Assembly: GCA_973895155.1 (NCBI GenBank)
Contig: OZ316891.1
Location: forward strand, 14,477,037 to 14,541,036
Direction of reading: 5' to 3'
Source of the DNA: Marsupella aquatica
Lineage: Eukaryota; Plantae; Marchantiophyta
Length of the DNA stretch: 64,000 nucleotides
Positions 12,086 to 23,924 of the stretch are shown piece by piece. The number at the start of each line of letters is the position of its first letter. Within the stretch, counting starts at the first letter, position 1. The notes below the pieces were generated by a model. That model did not search any database. It saw only the letters and a list, made by a program, of their open reading frames with translations, and was not told where the DNA came from. The position numbers were made by a program, and so were the translations under genes.

Positions 12086-14009
12086 TATTGGCTCATAGCC
12101 AAGAGGCGTCCAACCCAAAGCAGTAAAGTCACACACTACCAGGCACAATCTGGAGGATCTAAAGTGTAGTATCGTAATCTAAAGTGTAGTATCGTACAGT
12201 GGTAGCAATCGTGGTGACCTTTTCATTCTTTCGAAAGATCGTGGTGAGCTTTTGGCAGAGGGCCAACAACCAAGTCAGAAAAGTTTAACAATTTGTTATT
12301 AGAATGTCTGTTATTGAAGATCGTGCCATGGAATGGGTCGTTCTAGAGATGGGGCGGTGAGCAACGAACAATTGGAAACATTCAGTCGTCAAGTTTAGCG
12401 ACTGCGCTATGAAGATTGGGGCCCGTGATTGTGGTTGTAAACACGAGATAGTCTACGGTATCGAAGGTCGTCGATGGTGGTCGAAAGGTGGGGAGACACA
12501 GGGCTGAGCTGATAGTCTAATTGAGAGCTGTGTCATAATCACAGTAGCTTGAGGTTCGGTTTTGCGGTGGGGTTTTCACGCGAGTGAGAGCTACAGCACT
12601 AGTCTTGGCAGATAGCCACCGTAGTCATGAGAGACACAAGAGAGAGCGCTCTCAAATGTAGTCTTGTGTCAAGTGTAGCTCTCAAAGGAGTCCTTGTCCC
12701 TGGGCGCAAGGGCAGCTTCGTACCAACTCTCCCTCGCGCTACCATCAATCTAAGATGCTGGTTCAAATGCTCGCTCACAAGGCCTATAATCTAAAGTCAA
12801 AACTTTCTTTCAAGAAGGTCGCAAGAAAAATGTCCATAATTCGGAACCTGCATACATTTTAGGCGTCTTTGGTGTATTGTAGGCAAGACTTCTGGTCAGG
12901 ACTTACCTTCATCGAACTCATGTACAGTTCTTCCCGTTGGATTTGAATTCCTGACTTTGCATTCGCGCCACCTGCTGCAACGGAGCAAATCGAAATTGAA
13001 TACGTCAATCTGCTCAGCTTTAGAATTCACGGATGGCCCACCAAGTTCAACTTTGTTTTCTTTGTCCTTCGCCTTGCTCCACCAAGTTCTGCAGCATACC
13101 CTAGAGGTCTCATAATATGTCTAATCCGTGATGATGAGTAAAATTTGCAGTCAGAAATGCGAAATGGTCAGCCTAATGTAATAGATGTGCTGCCCTGTCT
13201 TACCTTCTTTCAATTCTCATTTCTTGGCTCATTAAGAAAATGGCTAAACGAGAACCGTCCATATCTTCAGCCTAATCTTGGTAATTTGACTATAACTATT
13301 CAGGTTTTGACTCAACAGGTTCGCTGAGAAAGTGAATCATCCGTGATCTGATGATCTGTTATTAGAATAAGAAACTCATGATACTGAAATTCGCCTCATC
13401 AGATTTGAACTGTTAAAACAAGAAACTCTTGATACTCTAGAGAATGAATGAAGAGTGATCAGATGATCCGTTCGGATAAGAGACTCATGACGTACCATAA
13501 GGTTAAGTTGCAGCTTGGAGTTATCACATTCCACATGAACAGAAAATATGCGAATGTAGAAAAACGGTAGAGGGGTCCACAATCCGAGTCCTTATACAAG
13601 CCAATGCTTTTCCTGGCCATAATGGCACACTAACTGGAAATGGTGAAGCAATTCCTGGTTACCACTGCCTGGAACTCAAGGCTCTTAAACCGATTGCGGA
13701 TCAAACGTTGTCTAACGCTGAGTTGTCGCGAGAAGTAGCTCAGAAACACACATTGATCCAGAGTGAAATGTCTGTTGTCATGAGTGATTTTCCTTTCAAT
13801 TTTCATGAACATATCTGACACATGGAGATGGCAAGATCCAGCATAAATCTTCAAGTGAAGCATCTACACACAGAAACAACTCGGAAGTCTTGGTATTTCA
13901 AGGTTTCTGAGTACTGGTCAGCTAAAAAGAATAAGACCCCACAAAGAATCATCTGATTACACATACAAGTCCAGAACGTATTACCAAAAGCATCGTTATA
14001 ATTTTACTT

Positions 14010-14266
14010 CTTAATTTTCTTGGTATGGGCTAGAACGGAGAACCCACAAAGCACTACCAGCCTCACGTCTTTGCACAGGTGCCACGAAGCTGATGATGAC
14101 ACAAACAACCTCACCTGTCTGTGTGCTCACCAGACAGGATCACAGGCCCTTGCTCCCGAACCGCAGAGAAGAGTTCCGAGGGCAAGCCTGGAGATGATGC
14201 AGGGCATTGAACCAGGGACCTCCTGCTCCAAAAGGGCCCCCTCCTGGCCAACTGGGTTATATGAAC
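14010..14266 (-). mobile_element. tRNA-derived SINE-like element
   Basis: Minus strand reads A-box TAACCCAGTTGG, 34 nt, B-box GGTTCAATGCC, then a tRNA-like 3' end CATCTCCA, an unrelated body and an A-rich tail; flanking direct repeat TTTACTT at 14003-14009 and 14267-14273. Confidence 0.65.
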
Positions 14267-14330
14267 TTTACTTTCTGAGATCCTCAACCCTGTCCCTGCT
14301 GTTGGTCATTCCCTAACCACAGTTGGCAAA

Positions 14331-17242
14331 TTACCTGGTGAAACAAGCAAGAAATTCTATGTTGCCTTCTGCCCCTTTGAGAGGAGACTGGATCCAACCT
14401 TGGCACCTAAATCCGCATGCTTCAACTCCGCTGATGACTTTTGAGACTACCTACAAACCACAAACAGTAAAAAGTCTTATAAATTGTGCGAAGTTTCAAA
14501 CAATGTTCTACCCAAGTCCCAACACACATCCAAAACAAGATCATTCTACCAACTGATGATGTTTCCATGATACACAGAGATTGTTATTTATTTGCTTGTT
14601 CTCAATCTATGCATAACTTTTAAGAATGGATAATTCATCTTCGTGCAGGTTGACTTCGAGCAACGCTAAGAGGAAACGTAGGCAATCTCAATTCCTAACT
14701 AGAACGTGAGGAAAGCTGGGAAGTGAAACCTCCTTGTGTACTGCAGGATCTCTGACAACACCCCCACCACCAACCTGTTGCAGAGGAGACCAATTTTAGA
14801 GACGGGATTTGTCCTCCTCATGAAGAATCCAATTCAGATCTATATATTGGAGTGAGACAAGCTCGCTGATATTAATGGCATTAAAATTCTGACCGTTAAC
14901 AGCGCTTAACGCCAAAAGATGCGAAAGTTATTGAAAAAACTCCTCTCAATCTTTGAACTAGAAAAATTCTCGAATGTAAGCTGTTGAACCTGAGATCTCC
15001 TAGCTTCAAACTGTGGCTTTATCAGAGTGATCAGTGTTGATTGCGGCTTCATAACAGCTAACACAGCCGGCATTACCTGCCAACACATGAATACTGCTAG
15101 TAAGATGATAGGTTTTCAGCCTCTATTAATACCACGGATCATTTACAACAGGTATTGTACGGTCAGCTTATGTTGAAATTGCAATGGAAACTGGAAGTGG
15201 TCAATTTTTCTGGTGGAACCAAGAAAAATAAGGTACTCCCATATGTTCGTATGTCAAAGTTGCAATTCTCATAATAAACCATATCCCTTTAAGAGGGGGA
15301 CAACAGATCCCAGAGATGTAAGAGACAATGATTTGTCGCCCGACCAAAAGATTAAAAAACCTCTTCAAAGTCAATATACAACTCATTCTTATGAGATTAA
15401 TCAAAGATTGCAAAGCTGCTTACCACAAGAATTGATATAAAAGCGAGGTCAAGCGTCACCACGTCAACCAATTGAGGGAGCTCAGCAACATATCGCAAAT
15501 TCGTCCTCTCCATAACACACACCCTCTTGTCTTGGCGAATCTTGTCAGCCACCTGTCCATCCAATTACGTTCACATCAAACTCCGATTTGAAACGCAGAA
15601 TATCATATGCCCGTCTATATAATAACCAGATGATCACTTTGCCACCTCAGGCAGTCAGTAAGAAATGAAAGTGTGACCTGTTCAAAGCAAGGCTTCTGTC
15701 AGAGGTACCCAACCGATAGTAAATGGAACGCGAAAAGAGCTCGGAGATATTTTTCAGTGTTCTTGCTCTAAGAATCCTTCCAGCTATGTTGTACTGGCAC
15801 AAACTCCTACTTAGTAAGCCCAGGAACCAAAGAAGAGTGAAAATTCTATGTATCACATCTTACTTACCGCTTCCTCCTCGCGGTTTGCAGTTCTAAGAAA
15901 CTTGGACTTTGAAGTTATTGAATCATTACCTGACCATAACCAACATCAACCCCGTAGACAAAAGCAGCACCACGTTGCAACAAACAATCCGTGAATCCAC
16001 CAGTGGACAGCCCAGCGTCAAGGGCAACTTTATCCCTGATGTCACACTCAAAGTAGTCAATAGCTGCTTCAAGCTTGTATCCTGCTCTGCACAGTCCCAC
16101 AGATATTTACTTAGGACCTGTTAAAAATCCAAAATGTACCTTAAAGGCAATAAAACCTACAAAGTTACTCGGAATGCTCAACGAAATACAAATTGCTGGC
16201 CATACAGAGGCTGTTCAAAGTAATAAAATGCATCTTAGTATTATGAAAATAGAAACCAGATACCTGCATACGAACTTAGGAACTTCTGCGGTTATATTGA
16301 TAATTGAGACGCGCGATACGGGAGTGCCAGCTTTGAAGGCTGCTTTACCATCCACAGTCACCTTTCCTGGAAAGGAAAATGACGGAAACTTCAATATTAA
16401 TTATCTCAATTTTGATGCAACTCAATCGCCAAAATTTGTCCCCTAAACCCTTCTCCTCGCATCTCTCTCTCAGATTCCTCTGTTGCGATGCACACCATCA
16501 GTCACCTTGTAAGATCCACGATTGGATCATTGTCCTACTGTACTGTGGAAACTTCTCGACGCACAATTCATCCAGTCGAGCTTTTCTTTTCAACAGCCTG
16601 CAATGTCCGAGATCCATTTTGAGTAATCAGAAGGAAGGAAGAAATCGACCAAGCCAACGAACAACAAATAAAAGTCTGATAGCAGGCTGCAAAAATGCCA
16701 GAGAAAGACTCTTAACCCATAAAGCTTAATCCAAAAAAGATAACGTTTCGTCAACAAGAAAGCCACACATGGAAAGAATGTGACATAGAGTGCCTGATTC
16801 TACTTGTCTCAAAAGGCTCTAATCCTAAAAGCTTAATCCAAAAAAGTACCGTTTCGTCAACCTGTAAGCTGCGCCTACAGAGAATGCGACATATCACAGA
16901 CGAGTGAAGAGTGCATCATACAAAAGGTCGAACGTAGGCAGAGGAGACCTTGTTTTGGATTGCACACTCTGAGCTGCAGCAGCATCGCTTGCAAAAGATG
17001 TCACGGACAGCATATGATGAGCAGCTCCTGGCCGCAAAACTGGCGACGATTGTATCCAAGGTACGCTCGAGATGTGTAAACCTGAACCCGCCGGGTGAAT
17101 TGACACCAGCAGGATTCGCTGTAGCTGCTGCTGCTGCTGCCGCCGGACTACTACTCTCAGAGGAAGACCGTGGGCCATAAAATGGCTCCATTTCAACAAT
17201 TGAGACAGAGGGGGGAGTTGCAGATTGAGGCTGTGGCAAACA

Positions 17243-17247
<5 letters not shown>
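14331..17247 (-). CDS. tlyA: TlyA-family (S4 + FtsJ) rRNA 2'-O-methyltransferase with N-terminal transit-peptide-like extension (about 343 aa, 8 exons)
   Basis: Exons 17247-16949, 16597-16506, 16366-16264, 16086-15930, 15552-15424, 15076-14990, 14774-14730, 14450-14331 (1032 nt, all GT-AG). Motifs KARLDELC...[87 protein letters not shown]. Confidence 0.93.
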
Positions 17248-17280
<33 letters not shown>

Positions 17281-17477
17281 AGAACCACCCCTCAATTCGG
17301 TCATCTATTTCCTATCAATCAGCCCTCTCCTTCTACTACAGAACCACCCACCCCACAGTTCAATTCGGCCATCGATTTCCTATCAATCAGCTGCTCACGA
17401 GGTGGTCTGCGGCATTTACGATAGAAGGGACTAAAGCGGGTTTATTTACAATCGAGTTCACCTCAAATGAACGAATA

Positions 17478-18147
17478 GTGTGCGTGTCAAAGCACCCAAA
17501 GAAATGTCTTATGGCTATGATTAATTTGGACTCCCCAGTAATGTTTGGGGTGGTCTTCTGGGTGTGGTTAATTTGGACTTCTGACCCTTGTAGATGGGGG
17601 GTTGGGGGGGGGGGGGGGGGGGCGGCAAAGCAGGGCAAAGGACGTAAAACGAATCTTATGGCTATGGTTTATTCGGACCCATAATCAAGGTCTTTATTAT
17701 GGCTGTGGTGGGGGTGTCAAAGGAGGACTGTAACTGAGTTATGGCCAATGGCATAAGGGTCTTATGGCTATGATTAATTTGGACTCCACTTATGGCTGTG
17801 CTGTGATTAATTAAACGTCTGACCCTTATAAGGGCAAGTGGGGGTGTCAAAGCAGGGCTGTAACTGAGTAATGGCCAAGGGCATAAGGGTATTATGGCTG
17901 TGGTTAATTTGGATGGCTGACCCTTATAAGGTGAGCGGGGGTTTCAAAGCAGGACTGTAACTGAGTTATGGCCAAGGACATCAAACTCTTTTCTGGCCAG
18001 GACAAAAAACCTTACAAGATAAGTGGCTACAAAGGTGCTTGGTAAGGATCAGGTGTCCAAAAAGTGGATGTCTGTGGGGACAAGTTGTTCTTTAGGGTTA
18101 GTTGATTACAGCCATAAACTTGATTATGGCAGTGCTTTGACATGCCC
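17478..18147. mobile_element. MITE family A composite copy with reiterated ends, upstream of tlyA
   Basis: Repeated GTGTCAAAGCA / CTTATGGCT.TG.TTAATTTGGA blocks; ends in GTGCTTTGACATGCCC; same motifs as 11670-12085 and 48010-48177. Confidence 0.6.
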
Positions 18148-20846
18148 TAGTGTACACCTAGCCCATAAGGTTTTGTCCTAGCCATAAATTCATTTTATGT
18201 CATTGGCCTCCTGTCCCAACAATTTTTTTAAAAAGAAGAAGAAGTAGCTATTAACATATTAGAAGAGAGCATTATTTGGTCCTTCCAAAAGTTTGGGGAC
18301 AGTGGCCGATCTAAGCTCAACAAATGAAATTGTCCCACCACAAAGATCCACGTATGAAACTCTGGTTGAGGTAGTGTGGTTAACTCGAAGGTGTCTCATT
18401 GTGTGCCAGCAGAAGGGCTGATCACTAAGGGCAAAGCATATCCAGGAGCCCTTCAGGCAGTTTCAGCCCCTATCTGACTCCTGTGTTGCTCAGACACTCA
18501 ACTCACCCTGGATCCATGCATAAATACCAGTCCACTCACCCCAATTTGGCCACATTGCAATCAACTCTTTACATCTGGTAGCCTGCCTGGTGAGTGGCAT
18601 GGTTCAAGTTCGGTTTACTGTCCAAAACTTGCCATTCTACTGCGCCAAAATTCAAGACCAGGGATGTAGCCATGTTCATGTCACTTGTTCAAAACACTAG
18701 ACCAAGCAAATAATTTGGTGCTGTGATTTGTGAGGAGCTATTTTAATCTGATCCATTATTGAGGGGACGTGAATGACTTCAGAGAAACTCAAGGGCTCAT
18801 TTAGGTCTAATTGTCATTTAGGACAATGCTGCTGTGGACTTGTCATTTTGTTTAAAAAATTTAAGTCTGGTTCCTTGATTTATGGGGTTGACATTTATTG
18901 AAGCTCATTTAAAACAACAAATTGGTCTAAAGTCTATCTTTACAAGAGGAACTGGCTCTGGGTTTACTCTAAACCAAAAACCTGGAATTGGCCCTTCCCA
19001 AACTTTTTTTGGGTGGCTCCCTAACGATAGTTTTTTTCAACAAATAAACCCCCAAGTCTTGTAAAGCGAGTCTCGCTTGATGTTGATCCTCACTGGCTAT
19101 GGATTTAAAGATGGATATGTCAACCTCATTTGTTAGTGATTCTCACTGGCTATCGATTGAAGATATTGAGCTTACAACATAAGGCACTGACTTCCTCAAG
19201 ATCCTCCATTGTCTGACTTGAATGACCATCAGAGCCCTTTTTTGAGTCAACCTGGTGATCTCTCAAAATGGGGCATTGACGTCCTAAAGATATTAAATTC
19301 CGTATAGAATGCCACAAAGCACACCAACTAGAGTGTAGGGACCCACAAGCTATCGATATGTTGGGACAAATCCTTAAAATTATCTCCACATGACGACTAT
19401 TCCCAATCCTATCATGCTCTATAAATTTGGATAACTCCCATTGAAGATCCACCGTCTTGATTCTCCATCTGTAACAAATTGACCACATTTAAGCCACAGC
19501 CAGTCTCCAGGAGCTTTCAATACAAGCATCTGGTTTTCAGGGTAAGAGTCTGTTCCTTATTGCCAAGACTTGGCTCAAGCTTATGGGGAGTAGTCATTGA
19601 TGATCAGCCCACACTCATAGGTTTCAATCTGAGAGCTTCACTGGGTGAAAACTGTCACGTATTACAGTGGCAATAGATTGGGGAGAAGTGGCAGTGGGGA
19701 ATAGCAGATGAGTCTCGCTTGGGAAAATTTGCCACAATGAAGAACTGAGCAACATTCACCGATTCTCGGCAGCCGCCCTACTGGATTGGACCTATGGCTT
19801 TCAGGAACAGAGTTGCACTTCCAGGCTTCGCACTGACTGCCGCTACCTACATATTGAAGTTGGCAAATACATAACACTGAACGAGACCCCTTATCAGCAA
19901 GAGGAGAGAGCAGCCACCAAGTGAACGTGTGTTAGAGATGACGAGCTCACTTGTTTCCCCTGTAGCAAGCACTAGAATACTCGGGGCGTTTCCAGTGCTT
20001 ATTGAGGTGTTCCTCTCTGTTGAAACTTGCCATTCGCAAGAGGTACCAGAATTGCATTGCGACGTTTGTTTCTGATCGTACAAACAAAGTCAGCAGATTG
20101 CTCACTTGAGCACTTACATAACTTTTCAATTATAGTGAACTTCAATTGGCTCTCTTTGTTCTGGAAGTTTGGCCAGATTCTATCCCCTGTCCCTTTTCTG
20201 GAAATCGTGGAATCTAAAATGCATTCATTCATTCTTACTCACTCTCCGTCATTTCTTCCAGATATATTGGGCCCAGCTGTGATAACACTTAGACCGTTCC
20301 AAACACTATTACCAAAAGATGCCGATGGACGTAAACGGAGCTCCACCAATGTATCTGAAGAGGCGAAGAGTATAGACAAGGCATATCCGCATACTCATGG
20401 ATGCCAGTCGGCAACTTCAGATTAGTGCATATGGTCAATGCCCCGCAAACTACAATGTTCTCTGGGTTTGGAACGACATTCCAGAATGAATTTCTTCACA
20501 AAATGTCCACATAGGACGTTCTTCGTCAGGTCCTGAGCTACAATCTCTGTCAAAGCTGCACGCCACAGTATGAGGACCTCAACTTGCCGAAGGAGACATG
20601 AAGTATGAATCAACACTTGGCCAACTTTAAAGAGGTAACAGCCCTCGCAGAGAACCAGTACGCCCAAACCAATGTGTACAAGAGGAAGAAATTTCAGCAT
20701 TTTTGGGGGAACTCCTCGCCACGTGATTCTACGTAAAAGATGAAAGAGAAGCCACAACTCGAGTTTCGACAAAACCCTATCCTTACAAACGACTTCATCA
20801 ATCTTATCTCGCTATTACATTCTGGAGAGATATGCACTAACCACTC

Positions 20847-22148
20847 TCATCTGCCCCCCATAAAGGGCAGAAAGCTCCTCTTCGCCGATGCCTCTTCGAT
20901 TAGCACTGCTTTCATGCTGTCTTGTTCTACTAGTCTCCATGCAGCCTGCTCTAATGCCAACCCCGCCAGGGTGGGCGGCTTTTTCAGTACAAGGGGATAA
21001 CCTCTATTGGTACTTTTGATTACTTCAGAATCCTCTGGAACAACCCCAAGCAAAGGTAGCCCCAACATTTCCTGCACATCCAGCACGGACATCATGTCCT
21101 CTCCCTTGATCATATCACTCCTCACTCTGTTCACCACCATCTTGATATCCTTAATGCCATCGCATTCCAACAGTCCTGTGACTCGATCGGCATCCCGGAG
21201 GCTAGTGATGTCCGGCGTCGTCACGAGTACGGCCTCATTCGCAGGGGTGATGGCGGTAATGAAGCCAGCATCAATCCCTGCTGGACAATCGATAAGAATG
21301 AAGTCCGGAGAACCTTCTGGTCTTTTCTTGAGAGCATCCACTAGCCATGTGAGAGCCTTACCACCGAAGCCCAGAGGCATTTTGTAGCGGGGCTTGTTGA
21401 TACAGAGGAGCTCGAAATTCGTCCACCTCTTGTCTCGGATGAGGGCCTGGTCCAGACGGCACTCACCATTGAGAACTTCCATGGCAGTGTAGTTCACCCG
21501 ATTCTCCAACCCAAGAAGAAGGTCCAAGTTCCGCAATCCCACATCTGCGTCAATGGCGACCACCTTGAAATTCAAGCGAGCCAAACACATCCCCAAATTC
21601 GCAGTCGTGGTTGTCTTGCCCACTCCACCTTTTCCAGACGTAATGACGATCACACGAGGAGCGACTCCGGCATATACAGGTCTCCTGTTCCATTGCAAAA
21701 TGGCTCGAGGACTGACAGCACCTCTCCTTCCTTCTCCTGCCTTCCTGTAATCCGTCCCAAGCCTCCTCAACCATCTCCCATTCTTGTCATTCACGCTAAA
21801 GTTCCCTAATCTATGGTTGCGGTAAGTACTAACTTCCTGACCAAACCCTACTATCTGAAACCCGAAACCAAGTAGTCTATCCTGCTCAAGTCGAGTAGCA
21901 GCTGAGAAAAACCTACTGCTCCTGTCCAAACACTTCGATTCAAAAGGCCCCTTCCCAGTACGAGAAGACCCTTCTCCTCCTCCTGCTCCAGCTGCAACTC
22001 TAAGCGGAGTTGCCGCAGCTCCGGAGGAGTAGCGCGATGACGCAAGTGGAGAATGCAATGAACACGACGACAGCGAGGGCGATCGCTGCTGATTCTTCGT
22101 GAGCAAATTGGAAGAAGAGGGAGGTGACGGAGTGGCAATAGACAACAT
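20847..22148 (-). CDS. MinD1: Plastid division ATPase MinD (433 aa, single exon)
   Basis: Uninterrupted ORF: S/R/G-rich transit-peptide-like N-terminus, deviant Walker A ITSGKGGVGKTTTTAN, DADVGLRNLDLLLGLENR, DCPAGIDAGF, LVTTPDITSLRDADRV, STNRGYPLVL. Confidence 0.97.
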   Translation of the reverse strand: MLSIATPSPPSSSNLLTKNQQRSPSLSSCSLHSPLASSRYSSGAAATPLRVAAGAGGGEGSSRTGKGPFESKCLDRSSRFFSAATRLEQDRLLGFGFQIVGFGQEVSTYRNHRLGNFSVNDKNGRWLRRLGTDYRKAGEGRRGAVSPRAILQWNRRPVYAGVAPRVIVITSGKGGVGKTTTTANLGMCLARLNFKVVAIDADVGLRNLDLLLGLENRVNYTAMEVLNGECRLDQALIRDKRWTNFELLCINKPRYKMPLGFGGKALTWLVDALKKRPEGSPDFILIDCPAGIDAGFITAITPANEAVLVTTPDITSLRDADRVTGLLECDGIKDIKMVVNRVRSDMIKGEDMMSVLDVQEMLGLPLLGVVPEDSEVIKSTNRGYPLVLKKPPTLAGLALEQAAWRLVEQDSMKAVLIEEASAKRSFLPFMGGR

Positions 22149-22524
22149 TGCTTAACAATCACTGGAGACCAGACTCTGGGTGATCAACAACAATGAAGAG
22201 AAACAACAACAACAGACGGAGGGACATGAAGAGGGCAGAGAGCTCGGCTTGTTGACGGGAAACACCTTTCGAGAAGGCGGAACATCGCCTTTTTGCTTCG
22301 TCCTGCTACTTCATGACCATTTCTTCTGCCGAGAGAGCTTTTTCGCCTGCTCCTTCAGATGCTCGTCAGCCATCGCCATTTCTCTCTCTCTCTCTCTCTC
22401 CCTCTCTCTTTCTCTCTCTCTTTCTGTTTCTCTGTTCGGCACTTCGAGAATACTATCCACAACAAAACAGAGTGTGGGTCAAAAGGATTAGAGACAAAAA
22501 GATGTGCTGTGGACTGATGAAACA

Positions 22525-23408
22525 GAGTGAACCAAAGGAAGAAGTTGATGCTTGCATGGACCTTGACGTTTGACCTTCGGACTCTAATAGACCAAATGCT
22601 CCTTTGACATTTAACACACTGAGCGTTTATACAAAAGGGGAAAATGCTACCTGAGTAGAGGTTAAGCTTTTGAAGTGGAACCAAAGGAGGAAGTTGATGC
22701 TTGAATGGACCACAATGTTTGAGCTTTGGACTCTCATAGACCAAATGCTCTTGACATCCAAAACAATGAGCATTTATACTAGTGGGAAAATGCTACCTGA
22801 GTAGAGGGTAACCTTTTAAGGTGGAACCTTGGAAATTGATGCTTGAATGGACAACAATGTTTGAGTTTGGACTCCGATAGACCAAACACTCTTTGACATC
22901 CAAAATAATGAGCATTTATACAAATGAAAAATGCTACTTGAGTAGAGGGTAACCTCTTAAAGTGGAACTGAAGCAGGAAGTTGATGCTAGAATGGACCAC
23001 AGTGTGCCTAGAAAGGCATGACTTTGTGGTAGCTCACTCGAGTAGAGACTTATAGGTCTTGTGTTCAACTACTGTGGCTACTCTTCCCTTTCTGTAGGGT
23101 TTCACAGATTTCCCCTTTGAATAAAAAGAAATTAAAAAATGGACCACAGTGTTTGACCTCTGGACTCCAATAGTCCAAACATTGTTTGAGATCCAAAACA
23201 ATGAGCATTTGTAGAGACAAACAATGCTACCTGAGTAGAGGGTAAGCTTTTAAAGTGGAACCAAAGGAGGAAGTTGATGCTCGAATGGACCACAATGTTT
23301 GGCCTCCAGACTCTGATAGAACAAACCCTCTTTGACATCCCAAACAATAACAGTTTATACAAAAGAGAAAATGTTACCTGAGTAGAGAGTAACCTCTTAA
23401 AGTGGTCC
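22525..23408. repeat. Tandem array, unit about 146 bp, five full units plus a partial unit, upstream of MinD
   Basis: GCTACCTGAGTAGAG-like anchor at 22646, 22792, 22933, 23226, 23373 (spacing 146, 141, 293, 147); the 293 gap equals one unit plus a 147-bp insertion with its TSD. Confidence 0.9.
23006..23137 (+). mobile_element. Short tRNA-derived SINE-like retroposon with 15-bp TSD
   Basis: Perfect direct repeat AATGGACCACAGTGT at 22991-23005 and 23138-23152; degenerate A-box TGACTTTGTGG, 32 nt, B-box TGTTCAACTAC; tail AATAAAAAGAAATTAAAA. Confidence 0.78.
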
Positions 23409-23734
23409 ATGCAATGGTTTATTGGAGTATCTTGTCAAACATGGTGGTCCATGAGAGCTTTAGTTTCATCAAAGTAGAGTGTAGCATAATTCTCAAGGTT
23501 TTTCTAACTACAAGTAAAAGAGGACTAATTTATTTACAAGGGCCTCACAAATGATGATAAAGCAAAAGCAAAAGAGGTCCGGATAGGACAAACTACTACT
23601 CAAAAGATAGACTACTACAATACTGCAATTTGCAACTGATCCCCATCTAGTGTCATATACAAGTTAACAAATCAAGTGGCACATCAATCAATGAAGAGAA
23701 AAGAGTGGCAATATTGTAACAGCTTTTAATTACT

Positions 23735-23924
23735 TTGCCACTAAAGATGTTCTAATTGACAATACTGTCATTGTTTTTATTGTATTTATAAAAATGCCAC
23801 AGTTTCGTATATAGATGACAAGTTCACCATGGTAATCAAGGGAGCTATATACCGTAACCATGGCATTTTTGTAAATACAAAAAAATAGTGGCAATATTGT
23901 AAATTCAAACATCTTTAGTGGCAA
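23735..23924. repeat. Long imperfect inverted repeat (foldback or MITE-like hairpin)
   Basis: Arms of about 80 bp: TTGCCACTAAAGATGTT...GTATTTATAAAAATGCCA...TATATAG pairs with CTATATA...TGGCATTTTTGTAAATAC...AACATCTTTAGTGGCAA; loop about 30 nt. Confidence 0.85.

Noticed and set aside
12290-12750. Possible solo LTR (TG...CA)
   Set aside because: No matching 4-6-bp TSD, PBS or second LTR found.
13340-13500. CTGATGA...GAAAC resembling a hammerhead ribozyme core or C/D snoRNA boxes
   Set aside because: Stem II does not close directly on GAAA and stems I/III were not found; better explained as three degenerate copies of a 50-60-bp repeat.
14189-14266. Intact tRNA gene (also considered at 24915-24985 and 23006-23080)
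   Set aside because: A/B boxes are present but acceptor and anticodon stems do not pair properly; treated as SINE heads.
19150-20772. ORFs downstream of MinD (19150-19488, 20027-20425, 20422-20772)
   Set aside because: No recognisable family or splice-consistent model; likely UTR or intergenic.
22525-23408. CRISPR-like arrays (here, 10518-11030 and 42832-43515)
   Set aside because: Whole units repeat without unique spacers, there are no cas genes and the context is a plant nuclear genome.
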